The notes below the pieces were generated by a model, which was given only the letters and a program-made list of their open reading frames with translations, made no database searches and was not told the DNA's origin. From an uncultured Verrucomicrobiota bacterium (GTDB lineage Bacteria; Verrucomicrobiota; Verrucomicrobiia; Limisphaerales; UBA9464): a DNA stretch of 64,000 nt. A program made the position numbers and the translations under genes. The stretch lies in assembly GCA_903896505.1 (NCBI GenBank), contig CAITXU010000287.1:21308-85307 (forward strand). Direction: 5' to 3'. Below are positions 1 through 9,255 of the stretch, one piece after another; within the stretch, counting starts at the first letter, position 1, and each line of letters starts with the position of its first letter.

Positions 1-2
1 AC

Positions 3-377
3 GAATGGGCGCTTCTTCCTCTCGGCGCCATTTGGATCGCCACAGGCTCCTGGCTCCTGAGTGTGATGAACCCGCGAACGGGCTCCATCCTGCGGGGCTA
101 TGCCTGGGGAGCCGGTGTCCTGTTTGTGATTTTGGGCGGCCTTGCCGCCCGGGCCGCAGTGGTCCGGTATCAAGAACCGGACTTGGTGGTTGTTCGGCCC
201 GATGCCGCGCTTCGACAAAGTCCTTTTCCTGAGGCCAAGTCGATTCTCAATCTTGCTGAAGGGGCAGAGTTGCACATTGAAAATGTGCGCGGCGAATGGT
301 TCCTGGTTCACGACCCCGCTTCGGATCGGAGCGGCTGGGTTCGACAGGATGTCGTCGAGCGGATACCCGTACGGTAG
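3..377 (+). CDS. membrane protein with C-terminal bacterial SH3-like domain (5' partial, frame open to window edge)
   Basis: The frame of ORF 63..377 stays open back to nt 3. Hydrophobic stretches (LLPLGAIWIATGSWLL, GAGVLFVILGGLAA) are followed by an SH3b-like end (AEGAELHIENVRGEWFLVHDPASDRSGWVRQDVV). Confidence 0.5.
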   Translation, partial: EWALLPLGAIWIATGSWLLSVMNPRTGSILRGYAWGAGVLFVILGGLAARAAVVRYQEPDLVVVRPDAALRQSPFPEAKSILNLAEGAELHIENVRGEWFLVHDPASDRSGWVRQDVVERIPVR

Positions 378-673
378 GTTTTTGGTGCCGGGCCCATTGC
401 GGGAATAAGAGCGCGGTTGCCTTGAAAAGTAGCGCAGACATTCTTGTCTGCCGTACAGCCGACTTTCTGGTCGGCAGGACTGCACCCGGTCCAAATGGGC
501 CTGTGTGTGGTCCATTGGCCTCGCCCGCGCAGTACAGGTTCGTCGGAACCGCTGCGGCTCTCCGGGAGCCGTATGCAGATTGAGAATCGCATCCACCGGT
601 TCCCCAAAGCACTTGACCGCGCGTATTAATTCTTGAATTCTTACAACCAATAGACCAGAAAATTACTCTCCCA

Positions 674-2248
674 ATGCCAAGAAAAGTCAAGCTAGCGCTT
701 CAAGGGGGGGGTGCAAAGATCACCTCGATTCTGGCTGCGATGGAAGCGGTCGAGAAATTGGAAGAGAACGGAGAGATTGAGGTGACCGAGATCGCGGGGA
801 CTTCCGCCGGCGCGATTATCGCTGTCCTTTACGCGGGACGGTTCCTAAAGGGCAAGAAGAAACAGTATACACTGGAGGCCATACGAACATAATTGGCCGA
901 GAAGGACGGTACTCTCGTCAAGCATCTAAGATTGCCCAATTCGAAGATAGGGTTGCTGAAACTCCTTTGGAAGGCCAGGAAAGCAGAACCATTCTGGGAT
1001 GTAAAACCATTAAAAGATTACGTTCTTGAGAAGGTGGGAAGAGTTCCATTGAACGAATTGGGGATTCCAACCACCGTAACCTATTCAGATATCTCCGGCC
1101 TTTGCCTCCGCACGCCCGACGGAGAATCTCCGGCAGTCGAAGCTGCCTTCAAATCCGCCGGCCTACCGATTCTTTTCAACTTGTGGGAAAACAATGGGGA
1201 TGCTCATGCCGACGGCGGGATTTGTGATAATCTTCCAGTTTCATATTTCGACCCCATGGTCGAAGGTGAGATCATCTGTTTTACCTTCCCTAAGATGGCC
1301 CCTAAGACAATTGGCAAGTTCGGAGAATATCTCGAGAAACTTGTCTCGACCGCGATCGATCACACCGTAGACCGTTCGCTGGCAGGGGTCGAATCATACC
1401 ACGCCTTTGAGATACCCACAGACATCGAAACGTTTGAATTCGACACGGCATTCTCCAACAAGTTCCTTAGTTCTAAACCGGGAAGTAAATCGCAGGCAAT
1501 CATGACAGCCACTCGAGAATTTTTCGGTAACCTCCAGAAGAAGTCAAAATTGCAAAACGACGAACAAGGCACGAATGAAATGGTTAAAAATATATTGCGT
1601 CGTATCGGAGAGGCGTTTGAAGTTGCGGAGTGGCGTCCCAAATACCGCATACATCAATTCAGATGGGAGATTGTTGCCGTTACTTTGAGGGAACCCAACA
1701 AGGATTGTATTCTGCGAGAAAAGATGATATTTTCTCCGTCGGGTGCGCCGATTCACTACATGATCACTAGCGCCACCGGCAAACCGACGTCCCAACCTCC
1801 AGGCGAGGCAGTTCGAGTTTATCGCCAAAACGACCAAGACACTTTAATCAAGTCCAATTCGATCGCTATGATTGACAAGGATGGTGATAGGGGGATTCTG
1901 ACGGTCTTCTACAGCCCCCTCCTGGAGTCCGGTGGCGCGGAGAAATATCGTCAGGAATACGAGGAGACCAGGGCATTGGGACCCAATGATCTCGACCAAA
2001 TGCGGTTTCTGCATCGTCAGGCGGTCGGGAAGATTGACCGACTGGAGTTTGTGCTGCAGGTCCCAAAAGAGCGACCGGGAGTACAGTTTTTACAGCGTGC
2101 AAATTCCCAAGGAGGACGCCAAATGAAGGAAGGAGAGCTTCCCCAACCCAAAGACGGCTACTATTGCATCGGTCACGTCTGGGAGGATACCGAGCCTTTA
2201 CCTGAAAAGGCGTATGAAGTTCAAATCGTATCCCCCCGAATTCCTTGA
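674..2248 (+). pseudogene. patatin-like phospholipase with uncharacterised C-terminal domain, interrupted by in-frame TAA at 890..892
   Basis: ORFs 674..892 and 893..2248 share one frame and are separated only by TAA. The N-part has the GGGxK oxyanion motif (LQGGGAKI) and the GxSxG elbow (GTSAG). The catalytic Asp motif DGG (HADGGICDNLP, near nt 1211) lies after the stop. Confidence 0.75.
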
Positions 2249-2907
2249 CATTCTCAATCCATGCGGCTAGGGATTGCTCATGTTCGATGGTAAAAAGTAA
2301 AAAAAATAGCCTCGCCAAAATTTAGGTCGGAGGCGTTTCAATTTGGGCGTGCAGAACACCGAGTTTGTGGATGAAAACGTCGGGCTTTGCTTAACCTGAT
2401 GTTGTGATCTCCGATATATGGGGTAACGGAGAAGGTGGTTGGAGGTGTGAGAACTAGATACAGATGGGCTTCCCATTGCAGCCGTCCGTTCACTGTCGCT
2501 CTGATTTATCGGCCTGGGTGCCATTTGAATGTCCAGTTCTTTCTCGTGGTGGCGGCGGTCACAGAAGCTCGGGGCGGTTTTGGCGGCCATGCGGAGGGAC
2601 CTTGAGGGTAGGGAGCCCGTCTCGCCACCCGCCGGGGTTGTGTCCTAACTTCCGACTAGGCTTGGGATTTCAAAAGGCGACAGGTGGTATCGGGGTTCAA
2701 GAGCCCATCCAGCAAGCTGAATTGAGCGGTGAACAGGTTAAGTACCATTCCCGTCGGTTCCCCATCCCCCAACTTTTGAGGCGAATCAGCCCTGTTGAGG
2801 GGAGCTGAACAATTATTTCCGAGTTCTGACAGCATTTGTTTTGGCACAGAACTGGCTTCGGAAGACTTGCCGGCCGGGTGGCCGGTTCAGTTAGGGTCGT
2901 TGGGGTC

Positions 2908-2948
2908 GAAACGCCGTCCGTCGTTCGACGGGCGGCGTTTCTTTCGGA
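2908..2948 (+). terminator. strong GC-rich hairpin followed by a T-rich tract (intrinsic terminator-like), ~45 nt upstream of the dinB ATG
   Basis: gaaacgccgtccgtcg / cgacgggcggcgtttc forms a ~14-16 bp stem with one G-U, followed by tttctttc. The reverse strand has no T-run. Confidence 0.55.
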
Positions 2949-2989
2949 GGTTTTCCACTTCCCGACTCCGCATTAGGCTGGTCCGGTCA

Positions 2990-4102
2990 ATGCGGGTTAT
3001 TCTCCATCTCGATATGGACGCCTTCTATGCTTCCGTGGAGCAGCGGGACCGTCCGGAATTGCGCGGCCTTCCCGTGATCGTGGGCTCTCCCCCGGATCGT
3101 CGCGGAGTGGTCTGCGCCGCCAGCTATGAGGCTCGCAAGTTTGGTGTTCGTTCCGCCATGCCCAGCCGGACGGCAGCCCGCCTCTGTCCCAATGGAATTT
3201 TCCTTTCACCGCGCATGGACCGCTACCGCGAGGAATCCCAACGGATTTTTCAGGTGGTCGCGACCACCGGAGTTCTGGTCGAACAGGTTTCCGTCGACGA
3301 AGCCTACCTCGACGCAACCGAATGGGTCTGTGCATCGCACGTCAACGATCCCGATCCGTTGCAGACGGCGATGCCCCTGGCCGCGTCCCTGAAACGGGAT
3401 ATCCGTGAACAGCGCGGGTTGACGGCCAGCGTCGGCATCGCCTCCAACAAGTTGCTGGCGAAGCTGGCGAGCGATTTCAAGAAGCCCGACGGACTGACAT
3501 TGGTACCCGAGGAAACCAAAGTGCAATTCCTTCGCCCGCTTCCGTGCCGTGCTTTGCATGGCGTGGGACGGGTCACGGCTGAAGTTCTTTCCCAGGCCGG
3601 CCTGCAAACTGTTGGCGATATTCAGGATTACGCTGGGGATCTCCGTCCACTCCTGGGGTCATTTGGTCCGGTCTTGAAACGATTCTCGATGGGCATCGAT
3701 GATCGCGCTCTTGAGTTGGGCGGGGAGGCCAAGAGCATCAGCAGCGAAAACACCTTTCTCCAGGATACCTCGGACCGACCTGTACTCCGAGCCTGTCTGC
3801 GGGAACAAGCGACCGATATTGCCGCCAAGCTGCTGCAGAGTCGGCTTGGTGCCCGAACCGTTCAGGTCAAGGTGCGCTACGCCGATTTTAAAACCCTCAC
3901 TCGTCAATTCAGCGTCGAAGACCCCGTGGTGGAGGCAGGCGAAATCTATCGGCTGGGATGCTGGCTTCTCGGACGCGACCAACTCGTCCGCCGTCCCCTG
4001 CGTCTCCTTGGCTTGGGCGTCAGTGGCCTGGCACCGCTGGAGGGGCGTCAACTCACCCTGCCATTTCCAGCGCCGACGTTGCGCACCGCTTCGGGACGTT
4101 GA
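2990..4102 (+). CDS. dinB: DNA polymerase IV (Y-family)
   Basis: Internal ATG at 2990 gives MRVILHLDMDAFYASVEQRDRPELRGLPVIVG. ASYEARKFGVRSAMP and SIDEAYLD-type motifs are present. The ORF-track start at 2795 is an upstream extension. Confidence 0.9.
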   Translation: MRVILHLDMDAFYASVEQRDRPELRGLPVIVGSPPDRRGVVCAASYEARKFGVRSAMPSRTAARLCPNGIFLSPRMDRYREESQRIFQVVATTGVLVEQVSVDEAYLDATEWVCASHVNDPDPLQTAMPLAASLKRDIREQRGLTASVGIASNKLLAKLASDFKKPDGLTLVPEETKVQFLRPLPCRALHGVGRVTAEVLSQAGLQTVGDIQDYAGDLRPLLGSFGPVLKRFSMGIDDRALELGGEAKSISSENTFLQDTSDRPVLRACLREQATDIAAKLLQSRLGARTVQVKVRYADFKTLTRQFSVEDPVVEAGEIYRLGCWLLGRDQLVRRPLRLLGLGVSGLAPLEGRQLTLPFPAPTLRTASGR

Positions 4103-4160
4103 CCTGCGTCGAGGCCCCGTTTTAGTGAGGGGATCGCCGGCCCGCCACGTGGGCAGGTGG

Positions 4161-4826
4161 ATGCACTCGGGTTTTTTCATCCGACTTGCCGACAGGAAAT
4201 TGCGGGCCAACTATACCGTGTCGTTTCGACTTTTTGCTTTGCTACCCATTGTATCGATCACTGAGCCGGTTGCCCCTGGCATCTGGCGCTGGTCTGCCTT
4301 CTCGCAGCATCACCGAGTGGACCTGGCCAGCCATCTGGTCTGGGACGGCAGGAACTGTTTGGTTTTTGATCCATTGCCGCTCTCGGAGTCCATTTGGTCG
4401 GCGTGGCCAATCGACCCGAAACCCGGCTGGCTGATCATCACCAACGAAAATCACGAACGGGACTATCAAGCCTGGACGCAACGATTCCCTTCTGCCGTCG
4501 GTATCGTATCGCCCTTGGAATCCGCCGAAAACTCGCGTCAGGCGCTTCCCTGGGATTGGGTGCGCTTCAACCTTACCGGCGGGGCAGGGGGCGAAACGGC
4601 GTTTTATTGTTCTATACTCGACCTCATGGTTTTTGGGGATGCCGTGGTGAATCTGCCAGGAAGGGGATTGGAGCTCTTGCCGGAGAAATACTGCCGGGAC
4701 TCTGCACTCTTGCGAAACTCCCTGAGGAAGCTACCCCGATTTGGCCGGGCGTTGCTCGCCCATGGCGAACCCCTTCTGGAGCGGGCTTCCGAGCGCATCC
4801 AGGCACTCCTCCAACCCTCCGAATAG
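4161..4826 (+). CDS. hypothetical protein, MBL-fold-like with degenerate metal motif
   Basis: This is the part of ORF 3699..4826 downstream of dinB. LIITNENHERDY sits where MBL-fold proteins carry THxHxDH. The start codon is uncertain. Confidence 0.4.
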   Translation: MHSGFFIRLADRKLRANYTVSFRLFALLPIVSITEPVAPGIWRWSAFSQHHRVDLASHLVWDGRNCLVFDPLPLSESIWSAWPIDPKPGWLIITNENHERDYQAWTQRFPSAVGIVSPLESAENSRQALPWDWVRFNLTGGAGGETAFYCSILDLMVFGDAVVNLPGRGLELLPEKYCRDSALLRNSLRKLPRFGRALLAHGEPLLERASERIQALLQPSE

Positions 4827-4862
4827 TCGCTTTGCTCCCGTCCTTACGATGTGAGTATAACT

Positions 4863-4932
4863 AATGGAACAAGAGCAACATCGGTAGGGCGAGCCTCCCG
4901 GCGAGCCGCAGGCGGTCCAAATCACGCCTACC
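4863..4932 (+). repeat. dispersed short repeat family A (aatggaac...ggtagggcgagcctcccggcgagccgcaggcggtcc...)
   Basis: Related copies lie at 16823..16867 (+), 59361..59435 (+) and 6678..6720 (-). All are intergenic. Confidence 0.7.
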
Positions 4933-5047
4933 TCGAAAGTGAAACCTTGCCGCGGACCCGTGAGCCCCGTTTTGCCCCAAACAATCGTCACCAGAAACCC
5001 AACTCTTCAAGATTGCGTCCCAAGCCCGGGCAGATTGGAGTTGAGCC

Positions 5048-5881
5048 ATGCCGAAACCGATACTGGTCACTGCGGGGTTGATTTCTGTGGTCTTGCTTCT
5101 GGCTCTGGCTGCGCTGCAAATCCATCAGAGCAGTCAGGCGCGTGAACAGGCCGAAGCGGCCCTGCGTCAGGCACTGGCAGACGCCGAGGCATTTCGGGCA
5201 ACCAATTCGGTTCTGGCAGGGGAGGTTTCGACGCTTCAGGAGCAATCGACCCAACTGGAAGCAAGACTCACCGAGGCGTCCCAAGCCCGAGATGGGATGT
5301 TACAGAAGATGCAGTCCGAGCTGGAATCTAAGGACATCACCATCACCGAGCTCCAGGGCAAGTTGACAGTGAACATTCTCGATCGGGTGCTCTTTGATTC
5401 CGGACAGGCAACCCTCAAAATGGAAGGCCAAGCCGTCTTGCTCAAGGTAGCTCAAGTCCTCTCGCAATACCCGAAGCGATCCATCCAAGTGGTGGGTCAC
5501 ACCGATAATGTTCCCATCCGCGTCCGGACTGTTGAGGGGTTTACCGATAACTGGTCGCTCTCGGCAGGTCGAGCCCTGGCTGCTGTCCGGTTTCTGGTCG
5601 ACCAGGCGAAGGTGGACCCGCGCCGCTTGAGTGCCGTGGGCTGTGGGGAATTCAAGCCGGTGGCGGACAATTCCACGGTTGAAGGCCGGTCGCGAAACCG
5701 TCGGATTGCCGTGGTGGTTCTTCCGGAGGAATGGGTGGGAAGCGATGCGGGTGCCGGTGCCACAGGCCGGACCACCAATTCGGCTCCTGGTAAAGTCCTC
5801 GGCACTCCGACCAACGCCGTTCCAATCAAAGGCGGTGACCCTGCCGCTGCGTCACCCAAGGAGGGTGGCGCTGTTCCGTGA
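5048..5881 (+). CDS. OmpA/MotB-family protein with N-terminal TM helix and coiled-coil
   Basis: The OmpA-like peptidoglycan-binding signature is present: VVGHTDNVPI, NWSLSAGRALAAVRFL, GRSRNRRIAVVV. Confidence 0.8.
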   Translation: MPKPILVTAGLISVVLLLALAALQIHQSSQAREQAEAALRQALADAEAFRATNSVLAGEVSTLQEQSTQLEARLTEASQARDGMLQKMQSELESKDITITELQGKLTVNILDRVLFDSGQATLKMEGQAVLLKVAQVLSQYPKRSIQVVGHTDNVPIRVRTVEGFTDNWSLSAGRALAAVRFLVDQAKVDPRRLSAVGCGEFKPVADNSTVEGRSRNRRIAVVVLPEEWVGSDAGAGATGRTTNSAPGKVLGTPTNAVPIKGGDPAAASPKEGGAVP

Positions 5882-6426
5882 AACGCCTTTGTGTGTATTG
5901 CGGTGCAAGTGCCGCTGGCCCGATCTATCGCGATGCGGCGCGTGACCTGGCCCAGGGCTTGGTGTCGAGCGGTTGGGGGTTGGTCTATGGCGGTGCCAGC
6001 GTCGGCTTGATGGGGGTGGTGGCCGACGAGGTCCTTGCCGCGGGCGGCTCCGTGGTGGGTGTGATTCCACGTTCGCTTCAGGATCGTGAAATCGCTCACC
6101 GTGGTTTGAGCGAGTTGCATGTCACGGAGGATATGCACGAACGCAAGGCATTGATGGTCTCGCTGTCGGACGCCTTTGTAGCCCTGCCGGGAGGTTGGGG
6201 AACCTTGGATGAACTGTGTGAAATCATCACCTGGCGGCAGTTGTCGCTCCACCAAAAGCCGTGTGGAATTCTCAACACCGCAGGATTTTACGATGCTTTT
6301 TTCCAGCACCTGGACCGGATGGATGCCGACGGGTTTTCCCGATTCAATTACCGGCGGGAGTTGGTCGTGACGGATTCTCCCCAGGAGGTGCTCCGGCAAT
6401 TGATTCAACCGGGCCAGCCTGGGTAG
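5878..6426 (+). CDS. LOG family protein (cytokinin riboside 5'-monophosphate phosphoribohydrolase-like, TIGR00730)
   Basis: MKRLCVYCGAS, GLVYGGASVGLMG and PGGWGTLDELCEI are present. The GTG start overlaps the upstream stop (GTGA). Confidence 0.85.
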   Translation: MKRLCVYCGASAAGPIYRDAARDLAQGLVSSGWGLVYGGASVGLMGVVADEVLAAGGSVVGVIPRSLQDREIAHRGLSELHVTEDMHERKALMVSLSDAFVALPGGWGTLDELCEIITWRQLSLHQKPCGILNTAGFYDAFFQHLDRMDADGFSRFNYRRELVVTDSPQEVLRQLIQPGQPG

Positions 6427-6462
6427 TCTCCTGCCGGGCCCATTTCGGCGTGATTGCAGTTC

Positions 6463-6720
6463 GTAGCGCAGACATTCTTTCTCTGTGCTCTCTAAGCTCT
6501 CTGTGGTTGATCCTCAGGGTAGTGAGCAATAGTTCAACCGCTGAGGGCGCAGGGAACCACTCGATTTCAATGAGGTTTGTTGGAGTCGCAGGGGCGGGCG
6601 AAAAGCTGATATTTGGAAGCATCCCACCCGTGGCGCTCCTGGGTCAGGCCGGGGATAACTTGCGGGGCGGGCGTGGCACGGACCGCCGCGGCTCGGACGG
6701 AGCCTCGCCCTACCGATGTG
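6463..6720. repeat. composite repeat-rich intergenic region (three dispersed families)
   Basis: gtagcgcagacattctt (6463..6480) also occurs at 429..445. The family B core ctctgtgctctctaagctctctgtgg plus ttgatcctcaggg lies at 6481..6552. A family A copy in reverse orientation lies at 6678..6720. Confidence 0.7.
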
Positions 6721-6782
6721 ACTTTGATTCAATAGGTTACAGATGAATCGACCGGGGAGGAGAAACGCTGTTATTTGGCAGT

Positions 6783-8015
6783 TCAGTCCACCACCTCCTC
6801 GGTGGCGACCGTCTCATCCTTTCCGGCCTTGTATCGCGAAATTTCCGGAATCAACAACAGAGTCGCGGCAATAATCAGGATGGCACTGAACCAGCCAAGG
6901 GTGGGCGGTGGGTAATGTTGGACCATTTGGAAGGCGGTCATCGGTGCGAGAACACCGCGAATACCGGTAAGGAACGTGTGAACGCTCATGTAGTCGGCCA
7001 CGCGGCCGGGCGGGGCAAACTTGGTGACCCAGAGCCCCCAGGCAACGTCGCCGCCGGCGCTGGAGACGCCGAAAGTAATCGCGCCCAGGATCAGGCCCAG
7101 TTGCGAATCACTGGTAAAGAAGGCGAAGATGCCAACGGCAAATCCAAAGTTGAGGGCCATCCGAAGGATGAAAAAGTTCACCCGGTCGAACAGGAAACCC
7201 CAGACCGGGTTCATCACCAGGCGGGCCAGATTTGGGATAACGGTCGTGTACAGGGCGATTTGAACGGCCGACTTGGCCAGTCCATATCGGGGGTTCCCCA
7301 GATATTCCACCCGCATCGGGATCATCATCAGGTTGGCGAAACCCATCAGCATCCAGACGATGAGGGTTTGCCGAAACACCCGATCTTGACGAATAAAGTG
7401 AAGTGCATGGAGCGGATGAGCACCGGTTGCGTCGGGTAGGGGATTGGACGGGATACGCCGGACCAGGAATCCGGCGACGGCAAACGCAAGACCAAACCCG
7501 GCAAGGACAACGGGGTAGGCTTTGATGTCCCAATCCAGCAGTCGCCCCGCCACCCAGCCACACGACATCGCCCCGGTGATTCGGAACATGATCGACATGG
7601 CATACAGCCGCCCCCGTCGATCTGCCGGGTAGTTGTCCTGATACACATGGGTCATCAGGGGAACGATTCCCCAGTTGGCGGCCATCCCGAAGACCGCCGC
7701 CGGGATGTACACCCAAACCGAGTCGATGGAGGCCATGAGTCCACAGCAGAGGGCACCCGCAAAGAGGATTTGGGAGGCCAGCCGCGAGGTGGGGACCTGG
7801 CGGCGGGCGGCCCAGGACACGGCCAGCGGTGACAAAAGGAGGCCAACACTACTACCGGATGCCACCCAACCTTTTGAGACCGCACCCAACTCGAGGTGTT
7901 TGACGGCAATGAGCAGCAGAAAGGTGGTTGCCGCCGACTCGAGAACACCCGAGCAAAACATCCGTCCGCAATCCAATCGGAAGGTGGCGCCAGTTCGCTC
8001 GGTAGCTGTCATCAA
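6783..8015 (-). CDS. MFS transporter
   Basis: 410 aa with about 12 hydrophobic segments and an MFS-like loop (DRRGRLY). Confidence 0.65.
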   Translation of the reverse strand: MMTATERTGATFRLDCGRMFCSGVLESAATTFLLLIAVKHLELGAVSKGWVASGSSVGLLLSPLAVSWAARRQVPTSRLASQILFAGALCCGLMASIDSVWVYIPAAVFGMAANWGIVPLMTHVYQDNYPADRRGRLYAMSIMFRITGAMSCGWVAGRLLDWDIKAYPVVLAGFGLAFAVAGFLVRRIPSNPLPDATGAHPLHALHFIRQDRVFRQTLIVWMLMGFANLMMIPMRVEYLGNPRYGLAKSAVQIALYTTVIPNLARLVMNPVWGFLFDRVNFFILRMALNFGFAVGIFAFFTSDSQLGLILGAITFGVSSAGGDVAWGLWVTKFAPPGRVADYMSVHTFLTGIRGVLAPMTAFQMVQHYPPPTLGWFSAILIIAATLLLIPEISRYKAGKDETVATEEVVD

Positions 8016-8140
8016 CGCGGATTTGAGGGGAGCGGAGCCCGGGAACCAAGCAATTTGGAGCGGGCCTTACCTGGGGTCCTGTCAAAACCGGCTTGCCCGG
8101 AGCCGTCATTTGGAACGAGAGTGAGAAGTCCAGCACGTCT

Positions 8141-9124
8141 ATGAGCCGCATCTACAATAATATCGTTGAAACCGTTGGTCACACTCCCCTGGTTCGGTTG
8201 AACAAGGTCACCGCCGGTTTAAACGCGACCATCCTTTTGAAGTGCGAGTTTTTCAATCCGTTGGGATCTGTCAAAGACCGGATTGGCATGGCCATGATCG
8301 ACGACGCCGAAAAGCAGGGAGTCATCGATCACGGGACCACCATCGTTGAACCGACCAGCGGTAATACCGGCATTGCGCTGGCATTTGTCTGTGCGGCAAA
8401 AGGCTACAAGCTGGTGTTGACCATGCCCGAGACCATGTCGGTGGAACGCCGGGTCCTTTTGGCCATGCTGGGGGCTAAATTGGTCCTGACTCCGGGAGCT
8501 GAAGGGATGCGGGGAGCCATCGCCCGTGCCGAGCAGATTGCCCGGGAGACCCCCAATTCGTGGATTCCCCAGCAGTTTGAAAATCCAGCGAATCCGGCCA
8601 TCCATGTGGCGACGACGGCGGAGGAAATCTGGGCCGACACGGATGGCAACGTCGATTTTGTGGTGGCGGCGGTGGGAACCGGGGGATCGATCACCGGCAT
8701 CTATGAAGGAATCAAACCCCGCAAGCCATCGTTTCAGGCCATTGCGGTGGAACCCAAGGATTCCCCGGTCATCACGCAGACCTTGAAAGGGGAACCGGTA
8801 AAGCCTGGTCCGCACAAAATTCAGGGAACTGGAGCCGGATTTGTTCCAAAAAACCTTCACCTGAACGATTCGCACGGAGTGTCGCAGATTCACGAGACGG
8901 TCCAGGTGTCCAACGACGACGCCTTCGCCATGGCCCGCCGTCTGGCCAAGGAAGAGGGATTGCTGGTGGGCATTTCTTCGGGAGCCAACGTGTGGGCGGC
9001 CATCGAGGTGGCCAAGCGACCCGAGAATGCCGGAAAGACCATTGTCACCATCGCCTGCTCAACCGGTGAGCGTTACCTGTCCACGGCGCTGGCGGCAGAG
9101 GCCCGGGCCGAAGTCGGAGGCTGA
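8141..9124 (+). CDS. cysK: cysteine synthase A (O-acetylserine sulfhydrylase)
   Basis: ATG at 8141 gives [23 protein letters not shown]. The PLP-lysine motif [16 protein letters not shown] and GTGGSITG are present. Confidence 0.9.
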   Translation: MSRIYNNIVETVGHTPLVRLNKVTAGLNATILLKCEFFNPLGSVKDRIGMAMIDDAEKQGVIDHGTTIVEPTSGNTGIALAFVCAAKGYKLVLTMPETMSVERRVLLAMLGAKLVLTPGAEGMRGAIARAEQIARETPNSWIPQQFENPANPAIHVATTAEEIWADTDGNVDFVVAAVGTGGSITGIYEGIKPRKPSFQAIAVEPKDSPVITQTLKGEPVKPGPHKIQGTGAGFVPKNLHLNDSHGVSQIHETVQVSNDDAFAMARRLAKEEGLLVGISSGANVWAAIEVAKRPENAGKTIVTIACSTGERYLSTALAAEARAEVGG

Positions 9125-9255
9125 GATTTCATTGGTTTTCCAGCATCTTGGCCACACAGCACCCTGAAGCGGTGGTTGGATCCGTTTCAACCCTCGGGTT
9201 GACAAAGGCCAGTTACCGCTTTGCGGACAAAGATTCCCCCTTATACTGACCGGGC

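Noticed and set aside
2267-2808. ORFs 2267..2590 (-) and 2464..2808 (+) as real genes of the patatin islet.
   Set aside because: Their composition is Ser/Pro/Arg/Gly-rich and low in complexity. No motifs were recognised, and they overlap each other on opposite strands.
2822-2853. A possible LexA/SOS operator upstream of dinB (inverted repeat agttctg-N18-cagaact).
   Set aside because: It does not match the LexA motifs I know, including TGTTC-N4-GAACA reported for Verrucomicrobia, and its spacing is atypical. It is kept only as a note inside the gap finding.
2846-2859. acagaactggcttc resembles the 3' P4 strand of bacterial RNase P RNA (ACAGAACCCGGCUUA).
   Set aside because: The partner GGAAAGUCCGG P4 strand and the other universal RNase P blocks are absent from 2249..2989 on either strand.
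2903-2935. ggggtcgaaacg...ttcgacggg resembles the 5' end of tmRNA.
   Set aside because: There is no tag reading frame, T-arm or CCA-proximal acceptor sequence downstream, and the sequence runs straight into dinB. It is better explained as a terminator hairpin.
5497-6408. Long antisense ORFs opposite well-supported genes: 5497..6408, 18126..18929, 24396..25379, 39455..40645, 46842..47879, 36272..37039, and the 12971..13699 extension.
   Set aside because: Each lies fully antisense to, or upstream in frame with, a gene with clear family motifs. Their Arg/Pro/Gly-rich composition is typical of spurious ORFs in high-GC DNA, and no motifs were recognised.
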